NCBI RefSeq assembly: GCF_000025685.1
Contig: NC_013964.1
Span: 150,001-182,000, forward strand
Direction of reading: 5' to 3'
Length of the DNA stretch: 32,000 bases
Source of the DNA: Haloferax volcanii DS2
Lineage (GTDB): Archaea; Halobacteriota; Halobacteria; Halobacteriales; Haloferacaceae
Shown here: piece after piece, positions 9,005 to 17,679 of the stretch
Numbering within the stretch: position 1 is the stretch's first letter
Layout: every line of letters starts with the position of its first letter
The notes under the pieces: model-generated
Told to the model about the DNA's origin: nothing
Database searches by the model: none
The model's input: the letters and a program-made list of their open reading frames with translations, nothing else
Position numbers and translations under genes: made by a program

Positions 9005-10810
9005 TCACCTGTCGGCCGCAGCGAACGTGACGCCCGTAATCTCGAACCGCGCGCCACCACCGTCTGACTCGGTGACGCTGACCGTCCAGCCGTGGGCCTC
9101 CGCGACCTGCTTCACGATAGCGAGCCCGAACCCGGTTCCCGTCCGTGACGTCGTCTGTCCGGCTTGGAAGACGCTGTCGCGTCGGTCGGCCGCGATGCCG
9201 ACCCCGTCGTCCTCGACGTAGAACCCGTCGGGGAGTTCGCCGACCGTGACCACCACGCCGTCGCCACCGTGTTCGATGCTGTTTCTGACGAGGTTCTCGA
9301 TGAGCTGTTGGAGCCGACTCCGGTCGGCGACGACCGTCGCCGTCAGGTCGGTTTGGAGTTCGGCGTCACCCGTTTCGATGGTCTCCCAGCAGTCGGTGAC
9401 GAGCGTCCCCAGCGACACCGGTTCTCGTTCACCGACGTTGTCGCCTTTCCGGGCGAGCGTGAGCAGGTCGTCGATGAGGTCGTCGATACGGGCCAGCGCT
9501 CGAGCGGCAGTCGCGAGCTGGTCGCTCTCGTGGTCTTCACGAGCCAGTTCCACGTTCCCCGCGGCGACGTTCAGCGGGTTTCTGAGGTCGTGGCTGACGA
9601 CGCTCGCAAACTCGCTCAGTCGCTCGTTTTGGCGCTGAAGCTGCTGTTCTCGCTCGCGTTGCTCGGTCGTGTCGCGATACATCCAGAGATGGCCGGTCCC
9701 GTCGGGGAGTTCGATCGGTTCGTAGCTTCGGTTGAGCGTCCGACCGTTCGTCAGGGCGACTGACTCGTTGTGGACCGACTCTGTCCCGGCGATTAGTTCG
9801 TCGACGCGCTCGACGAAGCCCTCCGAATCGACCACGAGTTCGCTGGTCTTCCGTGCCAACTCTCGGCAGTCAGCGCCGATGAGTTCCGTCGACGGTTCCG
9901 AGATGCCGAACAGTTCGAGCAGTCGGTCGTTAATCGCGAGGACGGTCCGGTCGCTGTTCTCGGCGAGGACGCCGACCGGGAGCGACCGGATGAGCGTCGA
10001 GAGCAGCGCGTTGGTTCGTTCGAGTTCGTTCTCGCGGCGGACGCGTTCGGTCACGTCTTGGAACAGCGAGATGATGCCGACGACCTCGCCGTCGTCGTCG
10101 GTGATGACTCGATTGTGCCACTCACAGCGGATGTGTTCGCCGTCTTTCCGGACGTTCTCGTCGATGCTGTGGTAGCCGCCCTCCGCGACCGCGAGCTGGT
10201 CCGTGACGGCGTCGACGTTGTCGTAGCTGTCGTCCGCGACGATGACCTCCCAACTGTGGCCGCGGAGTTCTTCCTCAGTGTAGCCCAGAATCTCCTCGCC
10301 GCGCTCGTTGAGCCCGATGATCTGGAAGTCGCTGTCGTATTCGAGGACGCCGAGCGGTGACTGTTCGATGAACAACGAGAGGCGCTGTTCGCTCGCTTCG
10401 AGCGCGCGTTGCGAGCGGTGCCGCTCGACTGCGTTTTCGATACGGTTCGCGAGCACGGTGTACTGGCTGGTTCCCTGTTCTTTCTGGAGATAGTCGGTGA
10501 CGCCCGCGGAGATGGCATCGCTGGCGACCTCCTCGCTTCCTTCGCCGGTAAAGAGAATAAACGGGAGGTCGGGTGCGTCCTCGCGGAGGGCTTCGAGAAA
10601 GTCTAACCCGTCGCGCTCGGGCATGTCGTAGTCCGATACGACACAATCGAACGTCGAATCCCCCGCGCGATTGAGTCCCTCGGCGACGGACGTGGCCGTC
10701 TCGACGCGAAACCGGTCGCATTCCCGTTCGAGGAACGCCGCCGTCAGTTCGGTGAAATCCTCGTCGTCGTCGACGTACAAGACGACCACTTCGTCCACTA
10801 GCTCGCTCAT
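9005..10810 (-). CDS. Hybrid sensor histidine kinase (REC - PAS - PAS - HisKA - HATPase_c)
   Basis: The N-terminal receiver carries all canonical residues (VLYVDDDEDF, phospho-acceptor context VVSDYDMPERDG, LFTGEGS, DYLQKE). Two PAS-like segments follow, then the H-box FASVVSHDLRNPLN and the ATPase motifs NLVRNSIEHG and GTGFGLAIVKQVAEAHGW. Confidence 0.9.
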   Translation of the reverse strand: MSELVDEVVVLYVDDDEDFTELTAAFLERECDRFRVETATSVAEGLNRAGDSTFDCVVSDYDMPERDGLDFLEALREDAPDLPFILFTGEGSEEVASDAISAGVTDYLQKEQGTSQYTVLANRIENAVERHRSQRALEASEQRLSLFIEQSPLGVLEYDSDFQIIGLNERGEEILGYTEEELRGHSWEVIVADDSYDNVDAVTDQLAVAEGGYHSIDENVRKDGEHIRCEWHNRVITDDDGEVVGIISLFQDVTERVRRENELERTNALLSTLIRSLPVGVLAENSDRTVLAINDRLLELFGISEPSTELIGADCRELARKTSELVVDSEGFVERVDELIAGTESVHNESVALTNGRTLNRSYEPIELPDGTGHLWMYRDTTEQREREQQLQRQNERLSEFASVVSHDLRNPLNVAAGNVELAREDHESDQLATAARALARIDDLIDDLLTLARKGDNVGEREPVSLGTLVTDCWETIETGDAELQTDLTATVVADRSRLQQLIENLVRNSIEHGGDGVVVTVGELPDGFYVEDDGVGIAADRRDSVFQAGQTTSRTGTGFGLAIVKQVAEAHGWTVSVTESDGGGARFEITGVTFAAADR

Positions 10811-10869
10811 GTCTATCCCGCTTAGACGTGTGCTGAGAAGGTACTTAACGATAGTCGCAGTTTGAGGAC

Positions 10870-10917
10870 CGAGCAGGTCGTTGAGTCACGTTGGGCTCAC
10901 ATTCACCGACCTGCTCG
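10870..10917. repeat. Perfect 11-bp inverted repeat CGAGCAGGTCG / CGACCTGCTCG with a 26-nt spacer, in the divergent intergenic region
   Basis: Read directly from the sequence: 10870-10880 is cgagcaggtcg and 10907-10917 is cgacctgctcg, its exact reverse complement. It lies 60 nt upstream of the kinase start (10810) in a 294-nt non-coding spacer. Confidence 0.5.
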
Positions 10918-11056
10918 ACGAGTGCTTTCTGGTGAATTTCGAAGCGACGTGAACGCGTGAACCGGGTCGCGTTTGCGGACGGCTGTTCTCTGCGAAAACG
11001 AATACGCTAAGCCAGTCGCCCCCGGTGGTTGCTTTGACGTTCCTGAATATCTGACT

Positions 11057-11104
11057 GGCCTAACGTTCGGAACTGTTTTGTATGTTTAGGCTGGCCTAAA
11101 TAAT
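11057..11104 (+). promoter_or_regulatory. Putative promoter/operator: GCCTAA half-site, TTCGGAAC, TATA-like TTTTGTAT, and palindrome TTTAGG-N4-CCTAAA (11085-11100) ending 4 nt before the ATG
   Basis: GGCCTAACGTTCGGAACTGTTTTGTATGTTTAGGCTGGCCTAAATAAT followed by the ATG. It aligns without gaps, 38/51 identical by hand count, with the region upstream of the paralogous gene at 18898-18948 (minus strand). The TATA-like element is centred about 26 nt before the ATG, which fits a leaderless transcript. Confidence 0.55.
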
Positions 11105-12310
11105 ATGGTGGACGATTCCGAAAACAGCAAGACACTGACACGGCGTGGCTGTCTGAAGTACGGCGGAACAATCGCGGGAAGCGGGCTCCTTGCAGGCTGT
11201 TCTGGTACTTCCGAGCCAAGCAGTTCGTCTCCGAAGTCGCGTACGTCATCGACGCAGACGGCTGTTTCGGAGACGGTCTCGGAGACGGATACGGCGACCG
11301 GGTCAGATGAGCCGTACACTGTCACAATCGAACCGATGGGTGAGGTTGCGTTCGACGGCCCGCCCGAGCGGTGGACCGCATTACTACCCACTTTTGCGGA
11401 TATGGCGTTCGCACTCGGTGGTGGACAGACGCTTGGTATTCAGAACCACGACCGTTTTGCGAGCGAGGCCTTCGAAGAGCTTCCCGGGATAGACTTCGAC
11501 GCAGATGACACCGTGGAACTGGTTGCCGACGGTGTGAGTAAGGAACTGTTCTATGAGATGAACGCGGACGTTCATTTCATAGACCCCCATATACTGCGAC
11601 TCTGGTACGGCTGGGATCAGTCTGACGTCGATGAGATTGCGGACAACGTCGGCCCGTTCTTTGGCAACTTTATCCGCCGCCACAGCGACGACTGGCACGA
11701 TTACCGTTACTACACCTTGTACGAGGCCTTCGGACTGATGGCTGAGGTCTTTCAGGCACAGGACCGATACCAGGCATTCGTCGAACTCCACGAGGAGATG
11801 CTTGCGTTGGTCGATGAGCACTTGCCGCCAGCCGACCAGCGTCCAACCGCCTTACTGGTATATCCGGCCGACGGAGCGGGCTTCCAGTTCTACCCGTTCC
11901 GGTTTGATGACGGGGGAGTCAGCACTAAGCAGTGGCGTGATCTCGGGCTGACCGATGCGCTTGCGGCGACGGATGTCGGTCATTACAGTTTCTCTGACAG
12001 GGGGACGCTCGATATCGAAGCCCTGATGGAAATCGACCCCGAGGTGCTGCTGGTGCGAAACTATGGCGGGGCGTCCGAGTCAACGTTCCAGAAGGAAGTC
12101 GTCGAACCACTCCAAGACCAAGCGGGGTCTCATAGCCTGCAGGCGGTTGAGGACGACGCGGTTTACAGTGCCGGTTACCTTGACCAAGGGCCAATCATCA
12201 ACTTCTACCATACCGACCGGGCGGCGAAAGATATCTACACGGACTCGTTCGAGAACGTGACGCTATTCGACCGTGAACGCGTCGCAGAAATCGTCCACGG
12301 AAACATCTGA
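11105..12310 (+). CDS. ABC-transporter substrate-binding lipoprotein, class III periplasmic-binding-protein type (siderophore/cobalamin/metal-chelate family), Tat signal plus lipobox
   Basis: The N-terminus TRRGCLKYGGTIAGSGLLAGCSG has a twin-arginine motif and lipobox and is followed by a Ser/Thr/Glu-rich linker. The body resembles Peripla_BP_2-type binding proteins and is paralogous to the ORF at 17680..18900. No permease or ATPase gene is adjacent. Confidence 0.8.
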   Translation: MVDDSENSKTLTRRGCLKYGGTIAGSGLLAGCSGTSEPSSSSPKSRTSSTQTAVSETVSETDTATGSDEPYTVTIEPMGEVAFDGPPERWTALLPTFADMAFALGGGQTLGIQNHDRFASEAFEELPGIDFDADDTVELVADGVSKELFYEMNADVHFIDPHILRLWYGWDQSDVDEIADNVGPFFGNFIRRHSDDWHDYRYYTLYEAFGLMAEVFQAQDRYQAFVELHEEMLALVDEHLPPADQRPTALLVYPADGAGFQFYPFRFDDGGVSTKQWRDLGLTDALAATDVGHYSFSDRGTLDIEALMEIDPEVLLVRNYGGASESTFQKEVVEPLQDQAGSHSLQAVEDDAVYSAGYLDQGPIINFYHTDRAAKDIYTDSFENVTLFDRERVAEIVHGNI

Positions 12311-12588
12311 GACGGGTTAGAATAATACCTACCGCGGGACCGTTTCTGCTTCGGGCAGTTACGCCGAGTATCGCTAGTTCGCCCTCAGCGTGCTCAGTTC
12401 GAAGTCACCCGGGTACGCGACGCGAGGGTACAAAACGATACTGAATTTTTGACATTTCCGGGCGTGTAACGATACTCACCGTCGGTTCGCAGGAGGGCGA
12501 CCGTCACCACGCTCGCTAACTCAGTCGCACTCGTTCTCTGAACGTTGGCCTCCAGTGAATCGGTTCCACTCGGCTCGACCGAGGGCAC

Positions 12589-13284
12589 TCAGAGGTCATC
12601 GACCCGACGCAGAAACGAACAGAGTGCGTCGGTGGCCGTTTCGAACAACTGTTCGCCCTGCTCGGCGGACGCAGACGTCGCATCCCCGACTGCACCGTTC
12701 TTGCTGAACTCTTCTGTGAACCGATTGACGACGCCACCATCGACCGTGTCGTCCCAGGTTGCGGCGTCGCCGTCGGTTGGGCTGCCGACCTCGTCGGGAC
12801 AGATGTGAAGGTGCATGGATGTCTCGAGTTCACCGGCGTGGTTGACGTGGTCGTCAACGGCGCTCATCCACTCCCAGAGGAACACTTCGAGGTCAACCGT
12901 CGAGTCGTCGGCAACGGTACGCGTTAGGTTTCGGAGCGTCTCACCGTTTCCACCGTGGCCATTGACGAACACGACCGTCTCCACGCTCGAGTTCGACAAC
13001 GAAGTGAGAATCTCATAGCTGTACCGCCGAAGCGTTTCCGCGGAGACCGATAGCGTCCCCGGGAAGTGACTATGATACGGTGCGATGCCGACTGGAATCG
13101 TCGGCAGGACGACCGAGTTGAGATCACTGCGCCGGCCAGCCTCGCTCGCCAGTTCCTGTGCGATAATCGTATCCGTACCGACGGGTGCGTGTGGCCCGTG
13201 TTGTTCCGTGCTTCCAACGGGGAGCAGCGCTACCGTCGGTGCCGCGTCTTTGACGTCCGTCCAGGAACTCGTCTCAAGGTGCAT
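12589..13284 (-). CDS. Creatininase-family amidohydrolase
   Basis: Motifs VALLPVGSTEQHGPHAPVGTD, VFVNGHGGN and NHAGELETS match the creatininase-family metal-binding signature. The start is set at the ATG at 13282-13284 (MHLETSSWTDV), a typical distance before the LPVGS.EQHG motif. The track start 13482 adds 66 Arg/Ser-rich codons. Confidence 0.8.
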   Translation of the reverse strand: MHLETSSWTDVKDAAPTVALLPVGSTEQHGPHAPVGTDTIIAQELASEAGRRSDLNSVVLPTIPVGIAPYHSHFPGTLSVSAETLRRYSYEILTSLSNSSVETVVFVNGHGGNGETLRNLTRTVADDSTVDLEVFLWEWMSAVDDHVNHAGELETSMHLHICPDEVGSPTDGDAATWDDTVDGGVVNRFTEEFSKNGAVGDATSASAEQGEQLFETATDALCSFLRRVDDL

Positions 13285-13494
13285 ACCGTTCGGTGCTGAG
13301 CACGCTACATAAGCGATACCAATCCGGTCACTCGGCGGCATACCGTGTCGGCCGCGGGCCAATACTGTACGTTGTGCTGATTCGGGGCGCGAATCTTGCA
13401 TGCGATTCCCAACTGAAATCGTTCGATTGCTCCCGTGTGACGAGCGCTCAATTGACAGTTCCACGGATCTGCGCGACACCATGGCGAGCCTGGA

Positions 13495-14628
13495 TTATTT
13501 CGGCAGTCGCTCGACCAGCCCATCGATTTCGGCGTGCGTGTTGTACACGTGAGGACTGACACGAATATTCCCTTCGCGCAAGGCTGTATGGATGCCAGCA
13601 TCCGCAAGCGCTCGATGGGTTTCACGGGCCACGCTTTCCGACGAATGGCTGAGTACGACGATGTTGGCGTGCCGTTGAGGGTCTTCCGGCGTTACAACCT
13701 CGAACGAACTCGATTCAGCCCCCTCGATGAGCTGACCGACGAGTCGCTCGCCATGAGCGCTGATCTGCTCGATGCCGATTCCGGTCAAATACTCGACCGC
13801 CGCAGTCCAGGGCATGAAGTTGTTGAAGTTCGCCGTTCCAAAGACGTCGTATCCGGACGCACCGAGTTCCGTATCAAGCGACAGATTCTGCATTTCGTCC
13901 AGCGTCGTTCCGGCTTGCATCGATAACCAATAAGCGTTCACTGGACCAATCGCATCGAGGACCTCCGGTGTGAGCCACGTAAAGCCCGTGCCGTACGGTC
14001 CGCAGAGCCACTTGTAGCCACAACTGATGAGCACATCGACCGGTGTTCGCGATACGTCAATCGGCCGCGCCCCAACGCCCTGCGAGCCGTTTAGCACGAA
14101 GAGCACGTCGTGTTCGTGACAGACGGTTCCGATCTCGTCGATATCGAGCCGCCGCCCAGTGAACGAGTCCACCCACGTCGTACAGAAGGCGCGCGTCCGC
14201 GGGGTCGCTGTCTCGGCGAGCTGCTGTGTCAAGGGTGTCGAACACTCGGCATCGACGAACCGCAGTTGGACCCCCTGGGATTCGAGCAGATGCCACGGGA
14301 GAATTGTCGCCGGGAAATCACCCTCGACGAGGATTACTTCATCACCTTCGTTCCACTCAAGCCCGTGAATCAGCAGGTGCAGCCCGTACGAGAAGCTGTT
14401 TCCGAGGATAATTTCGTCGGGAGAGGCGTTGATGAGTGTCCCGAGTGCCCGTTTGACCCCGGCTGGTACCTCGCGAAAGGCCTGTTCTGGGAGCCGATGG
14501 GGCGCTCGTTTCAATGTAACCGCATCGTCAACCGCCTCGACGGCTCGCTTCGGTAAGGGCCCTTGATGGGCGCAGTTCAGCCAAGTATGTCCATCGAACG
14601 GCCCGAAATCCGCATTCCAATCCGCCAT
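13495..14628 (-). CDS. Class V aminotransferase-fold PLP-dependent enzyme (cysteine desulfurase / epimerase-like)
   Basis: 377-aa ORF. The N-terminus has LNCAHQGPLP, the putative PLP-lysine context is ISCGYKWLCGPYGTGF, and the length and composition are typical of the family. Confidence 0.8.
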   Translation of the reverse strand: MADWNADFGPFDGHTWLNCAHQGPLPKRAVEAVDDAVTLKRAPHRLPEQAFREVPAGVKRALGTLINASPDEIILGNSFSYGLHLLIHGLEWNEGDEVILVEGDFPATILPWHLLESQGVQLRFVDAECSTPLTQQLAETATPRTRAFCTTWVDSFTGRRLDIDEIGTVCHEHDVLFVLNGSQGVGARPIDVSRTPVDVLISCGYKWLCGPYGTGFTWLTPEVLDAIGPVNAYWLSMQAGTTLDEMQNLSLDTELGASGYDVFGTANFNNFMPWTAAVEYLTGIGIEQISAHGERLVGQLIEGAESSSFEVVTPEDPQRHANIVVLSHSSESVARETHRALADAGIHTALREGNIRVSPHVYNTHAEIDGLVERLPK

Positions 14629-14916
14629 GAGTCTCGTAGCCCTAGAGCCGACTTAGTAATTCACCCGAAGCATTCTGTGTCGAGCTTATCTCCTAAGCCG
14701 ACCGGGTATCTGTATCCACTATCGAGAACGTCCCTCCGCACCGTGCTTCGTGAGGTACTTGGAGAGGTTATCTCTGCGCCGGCGATGGGTGTCGTCGCAC
14801 ACGCGTCGGCGGTGATCGATGTCGACACGAAGTCAACGCGGTTCATCAAACAGAGCGAGCCGAGACGTTCTGACCTCAGGACTTTTGGGGACCTCGTCCG
14901 TCGTCTTCCACTGACC

Positions 14917-15570
14917 ATGACCCTCGTCGTCGAGTGTCGTCTCGTCTCGGAGCGGTTGCCGCTGACCGACGTCGCCGCCGCCGTACCGGACGTGACCCTC
15001 CGGGTAGAGAACACGCTGACGTCCGCGCGGAGCCGACCGGTGCTTATCTTCTGGGCTGATGGCGGCCGGTTGGACTCGGTCGACGCGGCGTTACGGGACG
15101 CGTCGGTGGCGACTCACAGCGTGCTCGGGTCGACCGTGGACCGCCGTCTCTATCGCGTCGAACTCTCGGAGCGGCCGCCGGCCATCTACACGGAGTTTAT
15201 CCGGCTGGACACCGCCCCCATTTCAGCGACGATAACCCCGAGCGGATGGGACGTGCGGACGCGGCTCTCCGACCGAGCGACGCTCGCCGAGTTCAACAAG
15301 GACTGCGAAGAGAACGGTATCACGTTCCGACTCGACCGCGTCGTCGACGTCGCCCCCTCGGACAGCAACGAGTACGGACTCACCGCGAAACAGCGCGAAA
15401 CGCTGCTCGCCGCCCACGAGGCGGGTTACTTCTCCGTTCCGCGAACGACTTCGCTGGCGGAGTTGGGGGCCGAACTCGGCGTCACCGCCCCGTCCGTCTC
15501 CGAGCGACTCCGGCGGGCACAAGACCGACTCGTCCGGCACACTGTCGCCTCAGATAAAAAGACGTCTTAA
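14917..15570 (+). CDS. HTH_10 (Bat-like) family transcriptional regulator
   Basis: The C-terminus is LTAKQRETLLAAHEAGYFSVPRTTSLAELGAELGVTAPSVSERLRRAQDRLV. The start at ATG 14917 (MTLVVECRLVSERLPLTDVAAAVP) is collinear with the paralog at 2220. The track ORF from 14563 is an unlikely 118-codon extension. Confidence 0.8.
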   Translation: MTLVVECRLVSERLPLTDVAAAVPDVTLRVENTLTSARSRPVLIFWADGGRLDSVDAALRDASVATHSVLGSTVDRRLYRVELSERPPAIYTEFIRLDTAPISATITPSGWDVRTRLSDRATLAEFNKDCEENGITFRLDRVVDVAPSDSNEYGLTAKQRETLLAAHEAGYFSVPRTTSLAELGAELGVTAPSVSERLRRAQDRLVRHTVASDKKTS

Positions 15571-15738
15571 ACACCACAACAGGTTAGAGTCAGTACTTAT
15601 CGCCGCACGCCCCCGGGATACAGACATGGCATCGAAGCTACAATCACGGGTGCGAAACCTCCCCGTGGACGGCGTCGGACGCCACCCGAATCGGCGGGTA
15701 GGCCGCCGCATGACGACGGTTGACGGGGTGACCTGCGC

Positions 15739-17340
15739 GTGACCGATACGGTCGGCACCGAAGCGGACGCGGCCGAACGCGACGCCTACTTCGTCGGCGG
15801 CGGCATCGCGTCTCTCGCCGGGGCCGCGTTCCTCCTTCGAGACACCGAGATACCCGGCGAGAACGTTCACGTGCTGGAAAAGCGGCAGGTGTTCGGCGGC
15901 GCGCTCGACGGGCGCGGAACCCCCGAGGAGGGCTACGTCCTACCCGGCGGCCGCATGTTCAACTTTCCGACCTACGAGTGTACGTGGAACCTCTTCCGGT
16001 CGATTCCGTCGCTCGAAGACCCCGACACGACCATCAAGGGGGAGATGGACGAGTTCAACGAGAAACACGAGACGTACGCCGAGGCCCGACTCGTCGGCGC
16101 GGACCAAGAGATACTCGACGTCTCCTCCTACGGGTTCGAGACGCAACACCGTCTATCGCTGCTCCGCCTCCTTCTCACTCCCGAGGAGAGGCTCGGTGAG
16201 ACACGCATCGAGGAGTGGTTCGACGAGACCTTCTTCGACACCACGTTTTGGTATCTGTGGGCGACGACGTTCGCCTTCCAGCCGTGGCACAGCGCGGCGG
16301 AGATGCGCCGGTACATGCAGCGGTTCACACGGGAATTTCCCCGACTCCACACGCTGAGCGGCGTGTCGCGGACGAAGTACAACCAGTACGACTCCGTAGT
16401 ACGACCGCTCCGCCGTTGGCTGGAGGCACGCGGCGTCGATTTCTTGGGTGGCCACACCGTCACCGACCTCGATATCGTCCCGGCCCGCGCGGGCAAGACG
16501 GTCGAAACCATCCGTTACGAGGACCAAGACGGCTCCGCCGGCACTATCGCCGTCGAGCCGACCGACGTCGTCTTCGTGACGAATGGGTCGATGACGGACG
16601 CGCTGAGCCTCGGGTCGATGACCGAGGTCCCCGACCTGCACGACAGCGGCACCTCGTTCGAACTCTGGAAGGCACTCGCGGACGACTTCCCCGAGTTCGG
16701 GAGGCCTTCGGTGTTCGCCGACCACGTGCCCGAGTCGATGTGGGAGTCGTTCACGCTCACACTCCGCGAGCCGGACTTCCTCGAACACGTCGTGGAGGTC
16801 ACCCGCGAAGAGCCGGGGAACGCGCTCGTGACGTTCACGGAGTCGAACTGGCTGCTCTCCATCGTCACCGCCGTCCAGCCCCACTTCGCGAACCAGCCGG
16901 ATGACGTGAAGGTCATCTGGGGGTACGGCCTCTTCCCGGAAGAACGCGGGAATCACGTGAACAAGAAGATGGAGGACTGTACGGGCGAGGAGATTCTGGC
17001 GGAGCTCTATCACCACCTCGGCTACACCGACCGTCTCGAAGAGCTCCGCGAGACGGCCACCTGTATCCCCTGTATGATGCCGTTCATCACGAGTCAGTTC
17101 ATGCCGCGGACGCCCGGTGACCGCCCCGAGGTCGTCCCTGCGGGATCGAACAATCTCGCGTTCCTCGGCCAGTTCGCCGAGGTTCCCGACGACGTGGTGT
17201 TCACCGTCGAGTACTCGGTTCGCTCGGCACTGATGGCGGTTCACGAACTGTTCGACGCCGAGGGCGATGTGCCGCCGGTGAGCACCCATCAGTACGAGCC
17301 CGACGTGCTTCTCGACACGGTACGGGCCGCTTTCAGATAG
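15739..17340 (+). CDS. Oleate hydratase (MCRA / 67-kDa myosin-cross-reactive-antigen family, FAD-dependent)
   Basis: Motifs include the FAD-binding AYFVGGGIASLAGAAFLLRD, ENVHVLEK, GGALDG, GGRMFNFPTYECTWNLFRSIPSLEDP and the C-terminal NLAFLGQFAEVPDDVVFTVEYSVRSA. The start codon is GTG (15739-15741) and there is no in-frame ATG upstream. Confidence 0.85.
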   Translation: MTDTVGTEADAAERDAYFVGGGIASLAGAAFLLRDTEIPGENVHVLEKRQVFGGALDGRGTPEEGYVLPGGRMFNFPTYECTWNLFRSIPSLEDPDTTIKGEMDEFNEKHETYAEARLVGADQEILDVSSYGFETQHRLSLLRLLLTPEERLGETRIEEWFDETFFDTTFWYLWATTFAFQPWHSAAEMRRYMQRFTREFPRLHTLSGVSRTKYNQYDSVVRPLRRWLEARGVDFLGGHTVTDLDIVPARAGKTVETIRYEDQDGSAGTIAVEPTDVVFVTNGSMTDALSLGSMTEVPDLHDSGTSFELWKALADDFPEFGRPSVFADHVPESMWESFTLTLREPDFLEHVVEVTREEPGNALVTFTESNWLLSIVTAVQPHFANQPDDVKVIWGYGLFPEERGNHVNKKMEDCTGEEILAELYHHLGYTDRLEELRETATCIPCMMPFITSQFMPRTPGDRPEVVPAGSNNLAFLGQFAEVPDDVVFTVEYSVRSALMAVHELFDAEGDVPPVSTHQYEPDVLLDTVRAAFR

Positions 17341-17679
17341 CGACCTCGAAGACGACGCTGGCTCGGATTCGGCGGCCGTCTCCAACCGTTGGCGTTCGAA
17401 CTCCTCGACGGCGATATCTGTGTTCGCAACGAGCCGAATCGACGACGGTGAAGCCAGTTGCCCGCGGTCCGTGAGGTGGATGCACCGTTCCTGATTACTG
17501 ATGACTTCAGGGCTCTTCCTGAACTTCGAGAGCTAGTGAGTGCGGCTGTTGCATTATCACCGATCAACAACCTCGGAGGCTGATTTTGATGCGCGACTTG
17601 CGTTCAGCAACATCGAGACTGAATCGGACCTGCGGTAGACCCGCTTTCTGCCCGTTGAGGGACCTGGGGTCAAATTCAG

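Noticed and set aside
12434-12476. 9-nt direct repeat AACGATACT (12434-12442 and 12468-12476), and a T5 run, in the convergent spacer between the binding-protein and creatininase genes
   Set aside because: A 9-mer repeat within a 280-nt region is expected by chance with appreciable probability (about 0.15 by rough estimate). No further structure was seen.
16153-17385. 410-aa ORF antisense to the oleate hydratase gene
   Set aside because: It has Arg/Glu/His-rich low-complexity composition. The sense frame has unambiguous FAD-binding and MCRA motifs.
17341-17679. Possible gene remnant downstream of the second binding-protein gene. Minus-strand fragments include [38 protein letters not shown] and SKFRKSPEVISNQERCIHLTDRGQLASPSSIRLVANTDIAVEEFERQ, the latter vaguely like the C-terminus of an ABC ATPase.
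   Set aside because: The fragments lie in different frames and are interrupted by stops. The resemblance to any family is too weak to call without a translated database search, so it was left unannotated.
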